Shown here piece after piece: positions 1 through 11,325 of a stretch of 47,097 nucleotides of DNA. The stretch is from contig NC_057718.1 in the NCBI RefSeq assembly GCF_004010195.1, positions 101,023,637-101,070,733 on the forward strand. The letters are read 5' to 3'. The stretch comes from Chiloscyllium plagiosum (Eukaryota). The notes beneath the pieces were generated by a model. The model saw nothing but the letters and a program-made list of their open reading frames with translations, searched no databases and had not been told where the DNA came from. How positions within the stretch are numbered: position 1 is the stretch's first letter; every line of letters starts with the position of its first letter. The position numbers and the translations under genes are program-made.

Positions 1-89
1 TGACCCCCAAGTTCAGGAACTGGCATTAATAAATGTGTTTCAAGATGATGGCAGAGTGGTGAAGAGCTAAGCCCAGGGTCTGTTTGCTC

Positions 90-925
90 CCATTGGCTTT
101 CTTCCTCTTTTTTTATCTTTTTACTTTTGCTATTTTTCTTTCCTTGTTCTTTCCTTTGTTTTCTTTAATGTTAAGTTGGGAGAGCGATGGCTGAAGGAGG
201 AGGTCCCTGGCAGTAGTGGCAATGATGCCAGGATGAGCCAGACATGGCTCCATCCCAGCCTGGGGTTTCTCGGTGAGTGGGGAGCAGGTCGATGGCTGAC
301 TCCCCCTAGCCGGGACTCACAGGTTAGCCCGAGGCTCCAGGCCGCCTGAAGGAGGAGGAAAGTGGTCTCAGTCGAGTGTGGCTGTCTCCCAGCGACCTGC
401 TGTGCTGTTCCAGCAATAAAGTTTCAGCTTTGATCTCCAGCGTCTGCAGACCTCACTTTCTCCCCCTAACCGGGACTCACATGTTAGCCCGAGGCTCCAG
501 GCCACCTGAAGGAGGAGGAAAGTGGTCTCAGTCGAGTGTGGCTGTCTCCCAGCGTGGTGGTCCACTCTCCACGTGGAGGTCTTCTTTGTCTTCAGTGGCC
601 TGGCAGGTGGGCCGGTCCAGGAGCGGCATTCTCGGCCCGGCATGTTGGTCTCTTCCTGGCTGCATCTTCAGGGTATTCCACTGTTCCTAAATCAGCCTTC
701 CTTGAGCACAGCAGCAATTAGCTGAACTGTGACGAACTTTATCTTAATTTTACTGTTTTAAAGTTATTATGTATAACTTCTGTCATTAATATAGGTGCAA
801 TGGTAGGGCAACTTATAAAACTTTTCATTGTATTATTTGTGTAAAAATACATGAGACAGTAAATTTGTATTCTGTTCTGTTCTATTGTACTGCATTCTAT
901 TCCACTATATTCTATTCTAATCTAT
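90..925 (+). mobile_element. Probable non-LTR retroelement 3' region with a Rex1/Babar-like tail
   Basis: Ends in 'ttttcattgta...tacatgagacagtaaat' followed by (TTCTA/TTCTG)n at ~868-925. The same tail type occurs at 44352-44415. The 5' boundary is uncertain. Confidence 0.4.
300..554 (+). repeat. 95-bp direct duplication (300-394 / 460-554) flanking a 65-bp PLE terminal-repeat fragment (395-459)
   Basis: The copies differ at 3 positions. The insert matches the 3' end and tail of the element at 35242-35444 (gttccagcaataaagtttca.ctttgatctccagc.tctgcagacctcactttc). Confidence 0.9.
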
Positions 926-1597
926 TTTTCTCTACTCTAATGTAGTCTTTGGTCAGTGTAGACAAAGTGGACTGAAGGGCCTCCTGTGCTTTATGATTCT
1001 GTGACTCTACAACCAGGATGGCCTAAGCCAGATTGGTTGGGACTGAGGGTCATTCAGGTTGACTTTGAGCACGGTAACTAGATGCTGGTCCAGCCTGTGA
1101 CTCCCACGTTCCATGTGTGAGTAAAGGAAGCATTACTCTGCCCCTTCACCTCCAATATTCAGGGACATTGAACTGTCCTTTTGACTCCTGAGTCTTACTT
1201 CTCATTCTTCCTTTATAAACACCAACAACATTTATTTGCTTTTCCACTTAAAAGCTGCACTTAATCTCCGGGGTCTGCTTTATAACTGAATTGGAAAATA
1301 AATAACTGAATAACTGGGTTGCTATTATCAGAAGCTTTTTTTTTGTTTTGGTCTGAGATGAATGGAATTTCATTATCATGCTTAATCCTGACCTCTGGCA
1401 CCTCCCCACTTTCCTTTGTTCTGCCATTGGCGGCTGTACCTCCAGCTCCTGTCGTGGCAATCAGCTCTAATTCTCTCCCAACACTTCTCAATACAGCTCA
1501 CCTGCCCAAAATGGTCTTTAACACCCACCTTTTGGAACGAGCTTTCGATCATTAATCTTGAGATTGCCTTATGTTGCTCTGTGACAAATTTTGAGAA

Positions 1598-1892
1598 GCA
1601 GAAGTAGGCCATTTGGCCCATCGAGCCTGCTCTGCCACTCGATGAGGCCGTGGCCGATCTGACAATCCTCAGATCCACTTTTCCCTGTAACCCTTATTCC
1701 CTTCCCCCCTTAAAAATCTGTCGATCTCAGCCTTGAATGTACTTGATGGCAGTTCTCTGCTGTAAAGAATTCCTCAGGTTCACTGCCTTCTGAGAGAAGA
1801 AATCCTATCTCATTGCTGTCTTAAACTGACAACCCCTTTCTCTAAACCTAAGCTGTCTTGTCCTAGAGTCTCCTATGAGGGGGAGCAACATT
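1598..1892 (-). mobile_element. CR1 LINE 3' end fragment
   Basis: The plus strand reads 'agaagtaggccatttggcccatcgagcctgctc', the reverse complement of the CR1 3' UTR/tail also seen at 39080-39130 and 32630-32690. Confidence 0.75.
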
Positions 1893-2096
1893 TTGTATCG
1901 ACCCTATTGTGTGCAGGCCTGGAACTCACATTATAGCAAAGATGTGATTGCACTGGAGAGGGTGCAGAGGAGATTTACCAGGATATTGTCTGGGCTGGAG
2001 GGTTTCAGCGATGGAGAGAGATTGGACAGACTGGGGGTGCTTTCCTTACAACAGAGTACATTGAGAGGGGAGATGATTGAGATGTATAAAATAATG

Positions 2097-2585
2097 GTCA
2101 TGATTTAGAGATGCCGGTTTGGACTGGGGTGTTTAAAGTTAAAAAATCACACAACACCAGGTTATAGTCCAACAGGGTGGCACAGTGGTTAGCACTGCTG
2201 CCTCGCAGCGCCAGAGACCTGGATTTAATTCCCACCTCGGGCAACTGTCTGTGTGGAGTTTGCACATTCTCCCCGTGTCTGCGTAGGTTTCCTCCGGTTG
2301 CTCTGGTTTCCTCCCACAGTCCAAAGATGTGCAGGTTAGGTGAATTGGCCATGCTAAATTGCTCGTAGTATTAGGTGAAGGGATAAATGTAGGGAATGGG
2401 TCTGGGTGAGTTGCTGTTCGGAGGGTCGATGTGGACTTGTTGGGCCAAAGGGCCTGTTTCCACACTGTAAATAATCTAATCTAAAATAGATTTAATTGGA
2501 AGCACTAGCTTTTGGAGCGCTGCTCCACAGCCACCTGATGAAGTAGCAGTTGGACTATAACCTGGTGTTGTGTGATTTTTAACTT
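2097..2585. mobile_element. Palindromic PLE-derived element, hammerhead family B, interrupted by a HE1 SINE
   Basis: Inverted arms 'aaagttaaaaaatcacacaacaccaggttatagtccaac' / 'gttggactataacctggtgttgtgtgatttttaacttt'. CTGATGA at ~2535. TSD tataaaataatg (2085-2096) / tataaaatgatg (2586-2597). Confidence 0.8.
2175..2484 (+). mobile_element. HE1 / V-SINE, full length
   Basis: tRNA-derived head (ggtggcacagtggttagcactgctgcctc, A/B boxes), V-domain 'ggagtttgcacattctccccgtgtctgcgt', CR1-like 3' end and (AATCT)n tail. Confidence 0.9.
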
Positions 2586-2783
2586 TATAAAATGATGTGT
2601 GGCATAAATAGGATAGGTAGGAAGAAATACTTGGTAGAGGGATCAATAGAGCATAAATTTAAGATCAGGAAGTTTCAAGAGGATGTGAAGAGAAACATTT
2701 TCACCCACAATGTGGGGCGAGTCTGTAACTCGCTGTCTGTGAGGGTGGTAAAGGCAGAAATACTCATCATGTTTTCAGAAGTA

Positions 2784-4254
2784 CAGGTAGTTCTGCTATA
2801 ATGTTGTAGTTGCATTTTAGTGAAACCTCGCTTAATGGAAAATCATTAATAGAAATAATGGGGCCTCTGGGAAGAGGCGGGGTTAGGGGCAGGCAAACAA
2901 CAAATATCACTCACGATCGCTCGAATATCACCCCAATGCCTAACACAAAGTATGGCACATCCTGAATGAAGGTTTAAATCATATTTGTTAATGAAACAAA
3001 AGTAAATTTAATACATTACGTGAAAAAATATAGTCAATGTAGGGACAGAGGGTCATCATCATCACCAGCTTCAGGTACAGTTGTGGTTGTAGAAGTGGAT
3101 GGTTGAGATTGATTGTCTTCTGACTGTTTCTTGCAGGTTGGTTTAAAAAAGGCATCCCCTAGTTTTTGCTGCTTTGCCCTTTCTCTTCTGTCTTGAAGAA
3201 GCTGTTCACAGGTTATAAGAGGATATCTTATTGAACAAACTGCTACCTTGCTGTGTTCAGCATTGTAATCGTTGCTCTCCAAGAGCTACAACTGCCTCTC
3301 AACTTTCCTCAGGATAGAAGACAAAAGAAAGAAGTAAGCTCTCTTGGTGCACCATCGTGGACTTCATCTCTTTCATCTCCAGCTTCCTCTTCCCCCTTGA
3401 CTGACAAGCTGTTGTAGATCAGCTATAGTGAGTTCTTCACAGTGAGACTCAAGGAGCTCTTCAATATCCTCACTTTCCACTTCTTCAAAGCCAACCTGCT
3501 TTGCAAGGGCAACACAATGTTCTTTGATTTTTGGGAACTCCTTTGATGGCTCATATCCTTTAAAATTTTTTTTTAAAAAAAGTCCGGGAGAAGCTGCTGC
3601 CAGATTGTATGGAGGCAGTCCTAATTGCCGTCACTGCAGGCCTCCACAATAATGTCAATAGCATTCTTGACGTTAAAACTCATCGAAAATTGAAGAACAC
3701 TGTCCTTATTATTGCCATCAGTCACTGCAATCTTGAACAAGTGCCTTAAATAATAAACTTTAAAAGCTGATATTGCATGGGTCCATGGGTTGAATGAGAA
3801 AGGTTGTGTTTGAAGGTAGAAATAGCCCCTTGATATTTTCAAAAAACTCAGCAATGGTGGAAGGATGGATTGGTGCATTATCCAGGATAAGGAGAGCCTT
3901 GAAACCCAAGTTGTTTTGTCTGCAATACTGTCTAAAAAATCTTCCAAAACACCATCAATGAGGTCAGAAAAAAGTTTGCCCCCTTATCCAAACATTTTTG
4001 CTTGACCTGAAGTAGACGCCTAGAGTAGACTCAAGGTAACCCTTCGAGGCCGGTGGATTGGCGGATTGTGTTGTGCTGTACCTCTCACACGCTCTGATGG
4101 TGCATGCGCAGAATGAAGCATGCGAAACGATTGCCGCTGGAATCACGCTATTGCAAGCAGAGGTGCACGTCCTCAAAAGTACCGTTCCTTAATTCTTCAG
4201 CGACGTTCTAGCCAAATTGTGCTGCCAAAGCATCCTTTATACGTGAACTACCTG
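2784..4254 (-). mobile_element. Tigger/pogo-family DNA transposon, internally deleted, with decayed transposase
   Basis: TIRs caggtagttc...tata / tata...gaactacctg with TA at 2782-83 and 4255-56. Minus-strand remnants KALLILDNAPIHP, QPMD..ISAFKVYYLR and VALAKQVGFEEVESEDIEELLESH are typical of DDE_1/TIGD transposases. Confidence 0.85.
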
Positions 4255-4497
4255 TATTTAGATGTACATTTGTGATGCCGAGACAAACAAGGCCTTGGGC
4301 TCTGTGCTGAAAAATGGGATTAGTATCATTAGGTGGTTGTTTTTGTTGATGAACCTGTTAAACCTCCTGTGTTTCTGATAACCCTTCTGTGGAGCATCTT
4401 GTGTCAGTTTACAATGTTAAAGGTTCTACATAAATGCTATTACAATAATTGCTGGGGCTAATGGACTCCTCCTGCTGAGAAGCCCAATTAAAAACTA

Positions 4498-4682
4498 AAA
4501 GAAAATCTGTGGATGCTGTAAATCAGAAACATAAACAGAAGTTGCTGGAAAAGCTCAGCATCTGTGAAGAGAAATTAGAGTTAACATTTTGGGTTGTGTG
4601 ACCCTTCCTCAGAACTGAAGAACGTTAACTCTGATTTCTCTTCACACCTGCTGAGCTTTTCCAGCAATTTCTGTTTTTGTTG
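4498..4682. mobile_element. Palindromic PLE-derived element, hammerhead family C
   Basis: Inverted arms (gttgctggaaaagctcagc / gctgagcttttccagcaat). Minus-strand gtt-CTGAGGA-agggtcacacaaccc-AAAA-tg-TT-aac is a decayed hammerhead. Confidence 0.7.
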
Positions 4683-4698
4683 CTGAGAAACCCATGTA

Positions 4699-5490
4699 GT
4701 GTCCCAAAGATGTGCAGGTTGGGTGGATTGGCCATGCTGAATTGTCCCATGGTATCCAGGGATGTGCGGGTTGGGCGGATTGGCCATGCTGAATTGTTCC
4801 ATGGTGTCTAGGGATGTGCGGATTGGGCGGATTGGCCATGCTGAATTGTCCTATGGTATCCAGGGATGTGCGGGTTGGGTGGATTGGCCATGCTGAATTG
4901 TTCCATGGTGTCCAGGGATGTGCAGGTTGGGTGGATTGGCCAAGCTGAATTGTCCCTGGTGTCCAGGGATGTTCAGGTTGGGCAGATTGGCCATGCTGAA
5001 TTGTCCCATGGTGTCCAAGGATGTGCAGGTTGGGCAGATTGGCCATGCTGAATTATCCCATGATGTCCAGGGATGTGCAGGTTGGGTGGATTGGCCATGC
5101 TGAATTGTCCCATGGTGTCCAGGGATATGCAGGTTGGGTGGATTGGCCATGCTGAATTATCCTGTGGTGTTCAAGGATGTGCAGGTTGGGCAGATTGGCC
5201 ATGCTGCATTGACCCATGGTGTCCAGGAATATGCAGGTTGGGTGGATTGGCCATGCTGAATTGTCCTGTGTCCAAGGATATGCAGGTTGGGTGGATTGGC
5301 CATGCTGAATTGTCCCATGGTGTCCCAGGAATGTGCAGGTTGGATGGATTGGCCATGCTGAATTGTCCTGTGTCCAAGGATATGCAGGTTGGGTGGATTG
5401 GCCATGCTGAATTGTCCCATGGTGTCCCAGGAATGTGCAGGTTGGATGGATTGGTCATGCTGAATTGTCCCATGGTGTACAAGGATGTGC
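4699..5490 (+). repeat. Minisatellite, ~15 copies of a 52-bp unit derived from the HE1/V-SINE body
   Basis: Unit ggtgtccagggatgtgcaggttgggtggattggccatgctgaattgtcccat matches the SINE segment at 2320-2362. The SINE 3' end follows at 5490-5610. Confidence 0.95.
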
Positions 5491-6319
5491 ATGCTAAGTG
5501 GGTTATTCATGGGAAATGTAGGGTTATGGGGATTGAGTGGCAGTCCTGGGTCTTTGGACGCTTGATGGGCTGAATGGCCTCTTTTTGCACTGTAGGGCTT
5601 CTCTGATATGTTGGGACGCACCACTGGAACGGGTGGGACTTGAACCCAGACCTACTGAACCAGAGAAAGTAACACGACAACTAGAGTCCAAAAAGCCTAG
5701 CTTCCATTTGGTTATCGAAGACGATAGAGTCAACATTCAGGTGATAAAGCAAATCCGCTTCTTTGTCTCTGGGGGAACCTGATGCTGTTAATTTGGGACC
5801 AACTTTGAGTAAACAATGAATGAATGAATGAAAGCTCGCATGATTTGTGTGACTACATAATTGCACAGAAGCCTGGTAAGATAATTAAAGTGACTGGCTG
5901 GTGACTAAAATTCTGGCGGTTGTTGATTAGAGTCACCTTGGTTTTAAGCTTGTTCCAAAATCCCTCTAATCCATCTTGAGACCTCCAATTCAAAGTTGGA
6001 ATTCGAGGCTTGTTAGGCAAATTAATACCCAGGTGACCAAACGGACCTCTGAGAAACAAACAGAAAATGACTCCAGCTGAAACACTAATGAAAATGGTCC
6101 AGTATCTGTTAAAACACACCAACATTTATTTAATTTAATGCATCGTTACTATTACTTTGTGTGTTAAATTAGCAGAGCTTGATTCAGGCTGCTAATTATC
6201 AAAACACTTCAAAGCACAGAGCAGGAGTTGAAAGCTTATTGCTGCTACGTTGGTGCTCAGAGGACCTGTATCACAAGAAACATCATTGTAGTTCAAACGC
6301 CAGTCTCCAGTCTGTTAAC

Positions 6320-6510
6320 TCTCTAGATTAGTTTAGATCACTGGATTCATAATCCAAGATTCTAGGCTCATGTTCTTGGACATGGATTCAAATCACACCA
6401 CTAATAGATGGTGAAATGTGAATTCAATAAAAATTAGAATTAAAAGGCTGGCTATAGGCAACCATTGTTGATTGTCATACAAGCCCATTTAATTCACTCT
6501 AAGGAAGAAA
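6320..6510 (+). mobile_element. Old tRNA-derived SINE fragment (same family as 18290-18600)
   Basis: 'ggattcaaatcacaccac...gatggtgaaatgtgaattcaataaa' mirrors the minus-strand copy at 18480-18540. Confidence 0.5.
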
Positions 6511-6816
6511 TAGGGTGGCACAGGGAGTTGGGTTCGATTCCAGCCTTGGGTGCATTGTTATAGGAGTTGGGATTGGTTAGAACCTTGGTTAGGCCATTTT
6601 CGGAATACTGCATTCAAATCTGATCTCCCTGTTATGGGAAAAATGTTGTTAAACTTGAAAGAGTTCAGAAAAGATTTACAAAGATGTTGCCAGGGTTGAA
6701 GGGTTTGAGCTGCAGGGAGAGGTTTAATATGCTGGGGCTATTTTCCCTGGAGCATCGGAGGCTGAGAGATGACGTTATGGAAGTTTATAAAATCATGAAG
6801 GGCATGGATGGGGTGA

Positions 6817-7023
6817 CTTGGAGGTGCCGATGTTGGACTGGGGTGTACAAAGTTAAAAATCACACTACACCAGGATATAGTCCAACAGGTTTATTTGGAA
6901 GCACTAACTTTTGAATCACAGCTCCTTCATCAGATGGTTGTGGAGCCACCTGATGAAGGAGCAGCGCTCCGAAAGCTAATGCTTCCAAATAAACCTGTTG
7001 GACTATAATCTACTGTTGTGTGA
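6817..7023. mobile_element. Palindromic PLE-derived element, hammerhead family B
   Basis: Inverted arms around ~6935-6945. TSD tggatggggtga (6805-6816) / tagatagggtga (7024-7035). Confidence 0.85.
6947..6981 (+). ncRNA. Minimal type I hammerhead ribozyme motif (PLE type)
   Basis: cac-CTGATGA-a-GGAGC-agc-GCTCC-GAAA-gc-TA-atg. The catalytic core and stem II are intact, and helix III is the palindrome AGCT. Helix I is cac/gtg in the sister copy (rc of 2501-2525) and has one mismatch here. Confidence 0.75.
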
Positions 7024-7484
7024 TAGATAGGGTGAATAGTCAAGATCTTTTTCGCAGGGAAGGGGAGTCCAAAACTAGACGACATATGTTTAAGGTGAGA
7101 GGGAAGGATTTAAAAGGAACCTAAGGGGCAACATTTTCACCCAGAGGGTGGACTGAGCTGCCAAAGGAGGTGGAAGAGGCTGGTTCAATTACAGCATTAA
7201 CAGGCACCTGGATGGGTACATGAATAAGAAGGATTTAGAGGGATATGGGACTAGATCAGTTTAGGATATCTGGTCGGCATGGATGCGTTGGACCAAAGGG
7301 TCTATTTCTGTGCTGTACATCTCGATGATTCTGTGTAGAAAGACCTTGTATGTACAAAATGGAAGGAAGCATAGCTACCAGGGACCTTGTGGCAAAGTGG
7401 TAGTGATTCAAGTCCCACCTGCTCCAAGGGTGTGTGATAGTCTCTCTGACCAGTGTGATTTGAAAATTAATACAAAACACAACT

Positions 7485-7993
7485 GGCTGTAGGAAGGATG
7501 TTGCGAAACTTGAAAGGGTTTAGAAAAGCTTTACAAGGATGTTATCAGGGCTGGAGGGTTTGAGGTACAGGGAGTGGCTGAATAATTTGGGGCTACTTTC
7601 CCTGGAGCATCGGAGACAGAGGGGTGACGTTATAGAAGTTTATAAAATCATGAGGGGCATGGATAGAGTGAACAGATAAGGTCTTTTCCCTAGGATAGAG
7701 CAATCCACAGGTCTAAGGTGAGAGGGGACAGATTTAAAGGGGATCTAAGGTGCAACTTTTTCACACAGAGGGTGGTGTGTGTATGGAATGAGCTGCCAGA
7801 GGAAGTGGTGGAGGCTGGTATAATTACAACATTTAAAAGGCATCAGGATGGGTATATGAATAGGAAGGGTTTAGAGGTATAGATATGGGCCAAATGCTGG
7901 CAAATGGGACGAGATGAATTTAGGATATCTGGTCAGCATGGACGAGTTGGACTGAAGGGTCTCTTTCTGTGCTGTACATCTCTATGACTCTAA
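7485..7993 (+). mobile_element. CR1 LINE 3' fragment
   Basis: Near-copy of the CR1 C-terminus and 3' UTR, ending 'ctgtacatctctatgactcta'. Confidence 0.85.
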
Positions 7994-10284
7994 AACGGAT
8001 GCTGAGAAACAATTTGAGCATGTCTGGAATGTCTAAATGTGGTATTCTTTTTAATCCAACTGATTAACCAACTGTGATACCAACATTTTCAAACATTTAA
8101 AAACCTCCAGGATGCCTTTCAGTTTCATGAATTGTCTTTTTGTGGAGCACCTTCATTCATTATGAAATATTGCAAGGCGATTCTTTTTCCAGATGGAAGG
8201 CCTTCAGTATTGTAAGAGAAGTCAATGACGAGTATCCTTGTTTTATGGCCTGTCCTGTTGTACTCGGCTATTAAAAGCACTGAAAATAATGAGGATCCAA
8301 GTTTGTGTTCCATACCGTACTGGATGAATGTCGTAATGGTAAAGTAAATTGCTTTATTTAAATATCTAACAGTACTGCCAGTTACTTTTGTTTTTGAAGA
8401 AGAGATGTCGATCTAAGATATTAAATTATTTTGGGTGTTAAAATAATGGCTTAATTAATGAATTCCCTTTGCTACACAATTGACTTATTTTGTCTGACAC
8501 ATGTTTAGCTGCTGGACAAGTCTTGATCTGTAAAGGTCCACATTTTGCCCTTGTGAAGCAATAGCATGCTCAACACATATATTTTCTGTATTCAGGTTTC
8601 CACATTAAATGCAGCTATATATTTGCATCCACTGGCCTTTTCTGCTCACAAAAAGGCAATCTGTTTTTTGTCACATAAAAGCCATCTTGCAAAGCATCTG
8701 CCCTTCCGTATCATTTGAGTCTGTGAGCCACTAATAACAACTCGAAAGCTGCTTCCTCAACACTGACCATGAAAGATTGATTTGAAACACCGCTCTGTCT
8801 AAGAGCACTGTGCAGGGTTTGGTGAGCAAACTTGGCTTACAGTCAAGTAACTCTCGTATGCCTTGTTCTTCTTTTAATTGCTTGTCTTTTTTTTAAATTT
8901 CCTTTCTGAGGGGAGAGAGAGAGAGATTTTCCTTACTAAACTGGGTGGCTTGTAATTGTGACTTTCTCACTGTGTCAGAGCTTTTCTCTTAAGGTCAACA
9001 GGCATGGAGAAAAGTGATCTGGGATTAAAGCTTGCACATCTGTTGGAATGACTTCGCAAGGGGCAATTAGTTGTTTTATCCCATTATAAACCATCCAGTA
9101 TTTTCTTCTTTATCACAGAAATCTCTGTACCTTTTTGTCATGTGCCCTGTGTGTGGTGCTGGATTAAGGTGCAGTTTATATGCAGTGTCAGTTTGGCTGA
9201 TTCATGCAAGGCATTAGCAACGTGTAATACAGATAGGATTCTAGATTAATCAGGCACGCAATGACAAGTCAAAAATAAACTTATTGATGTGGAGACTGTG
9301 GCTCTTCCCTGAAGGTAGAATGTTCCAAGAGACTTTATTATTTCACTTTATTTCTGTCAGTTCCTCCCTGTCTCAATTTCCTTGTAACTGTTAAAATTCA
9401 CAACTAGTGTAGTTAATTGTTCTTCATGGTGGGCGCAGTGGAACCATCTGGTCGACATTTTGCAATGAATATTGTTCATTATGTTTCCCCTGAGAGGGTT
9501 TCTGAAGCACTTCTTAAAAATTAATTCTCAGTTTGGTTCCCAACCCTCCAGGACTGTCCTGAAGTCTCAAGGAATTAAAGATTAATCTCTGGGATGTTGC
9601 TGTCAGATGCCAGGGAGGAAAACTATTAGGATACTTTTATAAAGTACTTACCCTTTACTTTGAGATGATCTTGATTAGTGGCTCAAAAAGGATTGGAGTT
9701 GGATGCTCGAAGACTGGGGGATTCCGTACTAATGTCAACAAAGAGCTTGTTGACTTTCTGATTCATCACCCTGACGGGAGATACCTTCAGCACAACCATT
9801 CATTGTCCACCATTGGATGGCCATGACCAATGATGGACATCCGAGCCCCTTGCAGTGCCTGTGCAGAGGCCAGTTAAGGGTAAGGTATGTTTGTGTGGGT
9901 TTATGGAGGGAGACAGTGTGACCCTTGTCCTTTCCTGACAAAGTAGCACACAACCACATCCCAACTCCACCCTGTGCCATCTCCATGACAACTCCAAATG
10001 CTTCTGCAAAGATGCCTCTGGCTTGAAGATGTTAGGACAGAATGGGGCAAAAGAGGGAGACTGGCAAGTGGAGACAGGGGAATTAATGGGTTGGGGATCG
10101 TGGGGCATGGAGAATGGGGATGATGTTACAATCACGATGAGATACCTGGGGACCAACTCCTGGGAGCTGCTGGTTGAGGTAGAATGCAGCCGCCAATCCT
10201 GGATCCTACTCTTGAGGGTTGTTCATTAGTCACTGGTGAACCATGAGTTCGTTCCCAGCAGAGGAGGCTTTTACTCTTGATGGC

Positions 10285-10628
10285 AAGATGTAGGGTGAAT
10301 AGTCAAGATCATTTCCCCAGGGTAGAGCAGTCCAAAACTAGAGGGCATAGGTTTAGGGTGAGAGGAGAAAGATTTAAAAGGGACCTAAGGGGCAACCTTT
10401 TCACACAGAGGGTAGTGCATGGGCGGAATGAGTTACCAGAAGAAGTGGTGGAGGCTGGTACAATTACAACATTTAATAGGCATCTGGCTGCATATATGAA
10501 TAGGAAGGGTTTAGAGGTTATGGGCCAAATGCTGGCTAATGGGACTAGATTATTGTAGAATATCTGGTCAGCGTGAACAAGTGGACAGAAGGGTCTGTTT
10601 CCGTGCAGTACAGCTCTATGACTCTATG
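10285..10628 (+). mobile_element. CR1 LINE 3' fragment
   Basis: SKTRGHRFRVRGERFKRDLRGNLFTQRVV..NELPEEVVEAGT followed by the tail. Confidence 0.9.
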
Positions 10629-10657
10629 TGGTTTATGACATAACATTAACTACTGAC

Positions 10658-10820
10658 ATTCTGAAGAAGGGTCACCAGACCTGAAACATTAAGGCTGTTT
10701 CTCTTTCCACAGATGATGCTAGACCTACTGAGTTTCTCCAGCAATTTCTGCTTTTGCTTCAGATTTCCAACATCTCCAACATTTCCAACAAAAAAAAATC
10801 TGCAGTTCTTTGTTTTATTA
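10658..10820 (+). mobile_element. PLE-derived terminal repeat, hammerhead family C
   Basis: att-CTGAAGA-a-GGGTC-acca-GACCT-GAAA-ca-TT-aag, then the body 'gatgctagacctactgagtttctccagcaatttctg' and the tail. Confidence 0.7.
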
Positions 10821-11009
10821 GCTATATACTGGATCAGTCTCCACCAAATCATTGTTCTATCTATCATCTCATATATTGCCCATATATTAACTCTTTCAAG
10901 ACCACTACTTTACGCAACAGATTGGGGGATGTGGAGGTGGAGGAGTTCTCTGGGGGTATGAAGATTTGCGAATGGGTGTAGGAAGTTAGAATTGATTTTG
11001 TGGGAGGCA

Positions 11010-11152
11010 AGTGCTGGACTTGAGTTCCGCAATCCAGGATAACACAGTTAGTGCAGTACTGAGGGAGTACTATTGTTAGGATGACAAGTTGATTAAAGCA
11101 CCTTGCCCACTCTCAGGTAGTTACCAAAGGTCCCACAGCACCATCTCGAAAC
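11010..11152 (+). mobile_element. DeuSINE-like (SacSINE/AmnSINE Deu-domain) fragment
   Basis: 'gtgcagtactgagggagtac...ctctcaggtag...aaggtcccacagcac' resembles the Deu core. Confidence 0.5.
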
Positions 11153-11204
11153 ATAGGATACCTTGACGGTGGGAGAACATTGGAAGGCAACATGAAATAG
11201 GGCC

Positions 11205-11325
11205 TGAAAACAACAAATGCGAGAGATCACAGCGGGTCAGGCAGCATCCATGGAGAGAAAGCAAGTTAAGAGTCATCTAGACTCGAAGCATTAGCTTGCT
11301 CTCTCTCCACAGATGTTGCCTGTGC
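11205..11325. mobile_element. Short palindromic PLE-derived element, decayed
   Basis: Arms caggcagcatccatggagagaaagcaagttaa / ttagcttgctctctctccacagatgttgcctg, with a stem II remnant gagtc-atcta-gactc-gaag. Confidence 0.6.

Larger units (their letters stand above)
1893..4350 (+). mobile_element. CR1 LINE ORF2 3' fragment split by nested insertions (pieces 1893-2096, 2586-2783, 4255-~4350)
   Basis: Translation YCVQAWNSHYSKDVIALERVQRRFTRIL...LRGEMIEMYKIM, then FKIRKFQEDVKRNIFTHNVGRVCNSL, matches the CR1 ORF2 C-terminus. The sequence resumes across each insertion. Confidence 0.85.
6560..7335 (+). mobile_element. CR1 LINE 3' fragment interrupted at 6817-7023
   Basis: LERVQKRFTKMLPGLKGLSCRERFNMLGLFSLEHRRLRDDVMEVYKIMKGMD, followed by the CR1 3' UTR. 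Confidence 0.85.

Noticed and set aside
2175..2240. tRNA genes (also 29480-29550, 30610-30678, 16340-16415)
   Set aside because: These are SINE heads with A/B boxes continuing into SINE bodies; no complete cloverleaf or acceptor stem.
4699..5490. CRISPR-like array, or repetitive protein ORFs (4581-5624)
   Set aside because: Units are head-to-tail with no unique spacers, there are no cas genes, and the unit is SINE-derived in a vertebrate context. The ORFs are by-products of the repeat.
9530..9640. Possible hAT-type transposon end
   Set aside because: Only a loose resemblance; no partner TIR or 8-bp TSD found.
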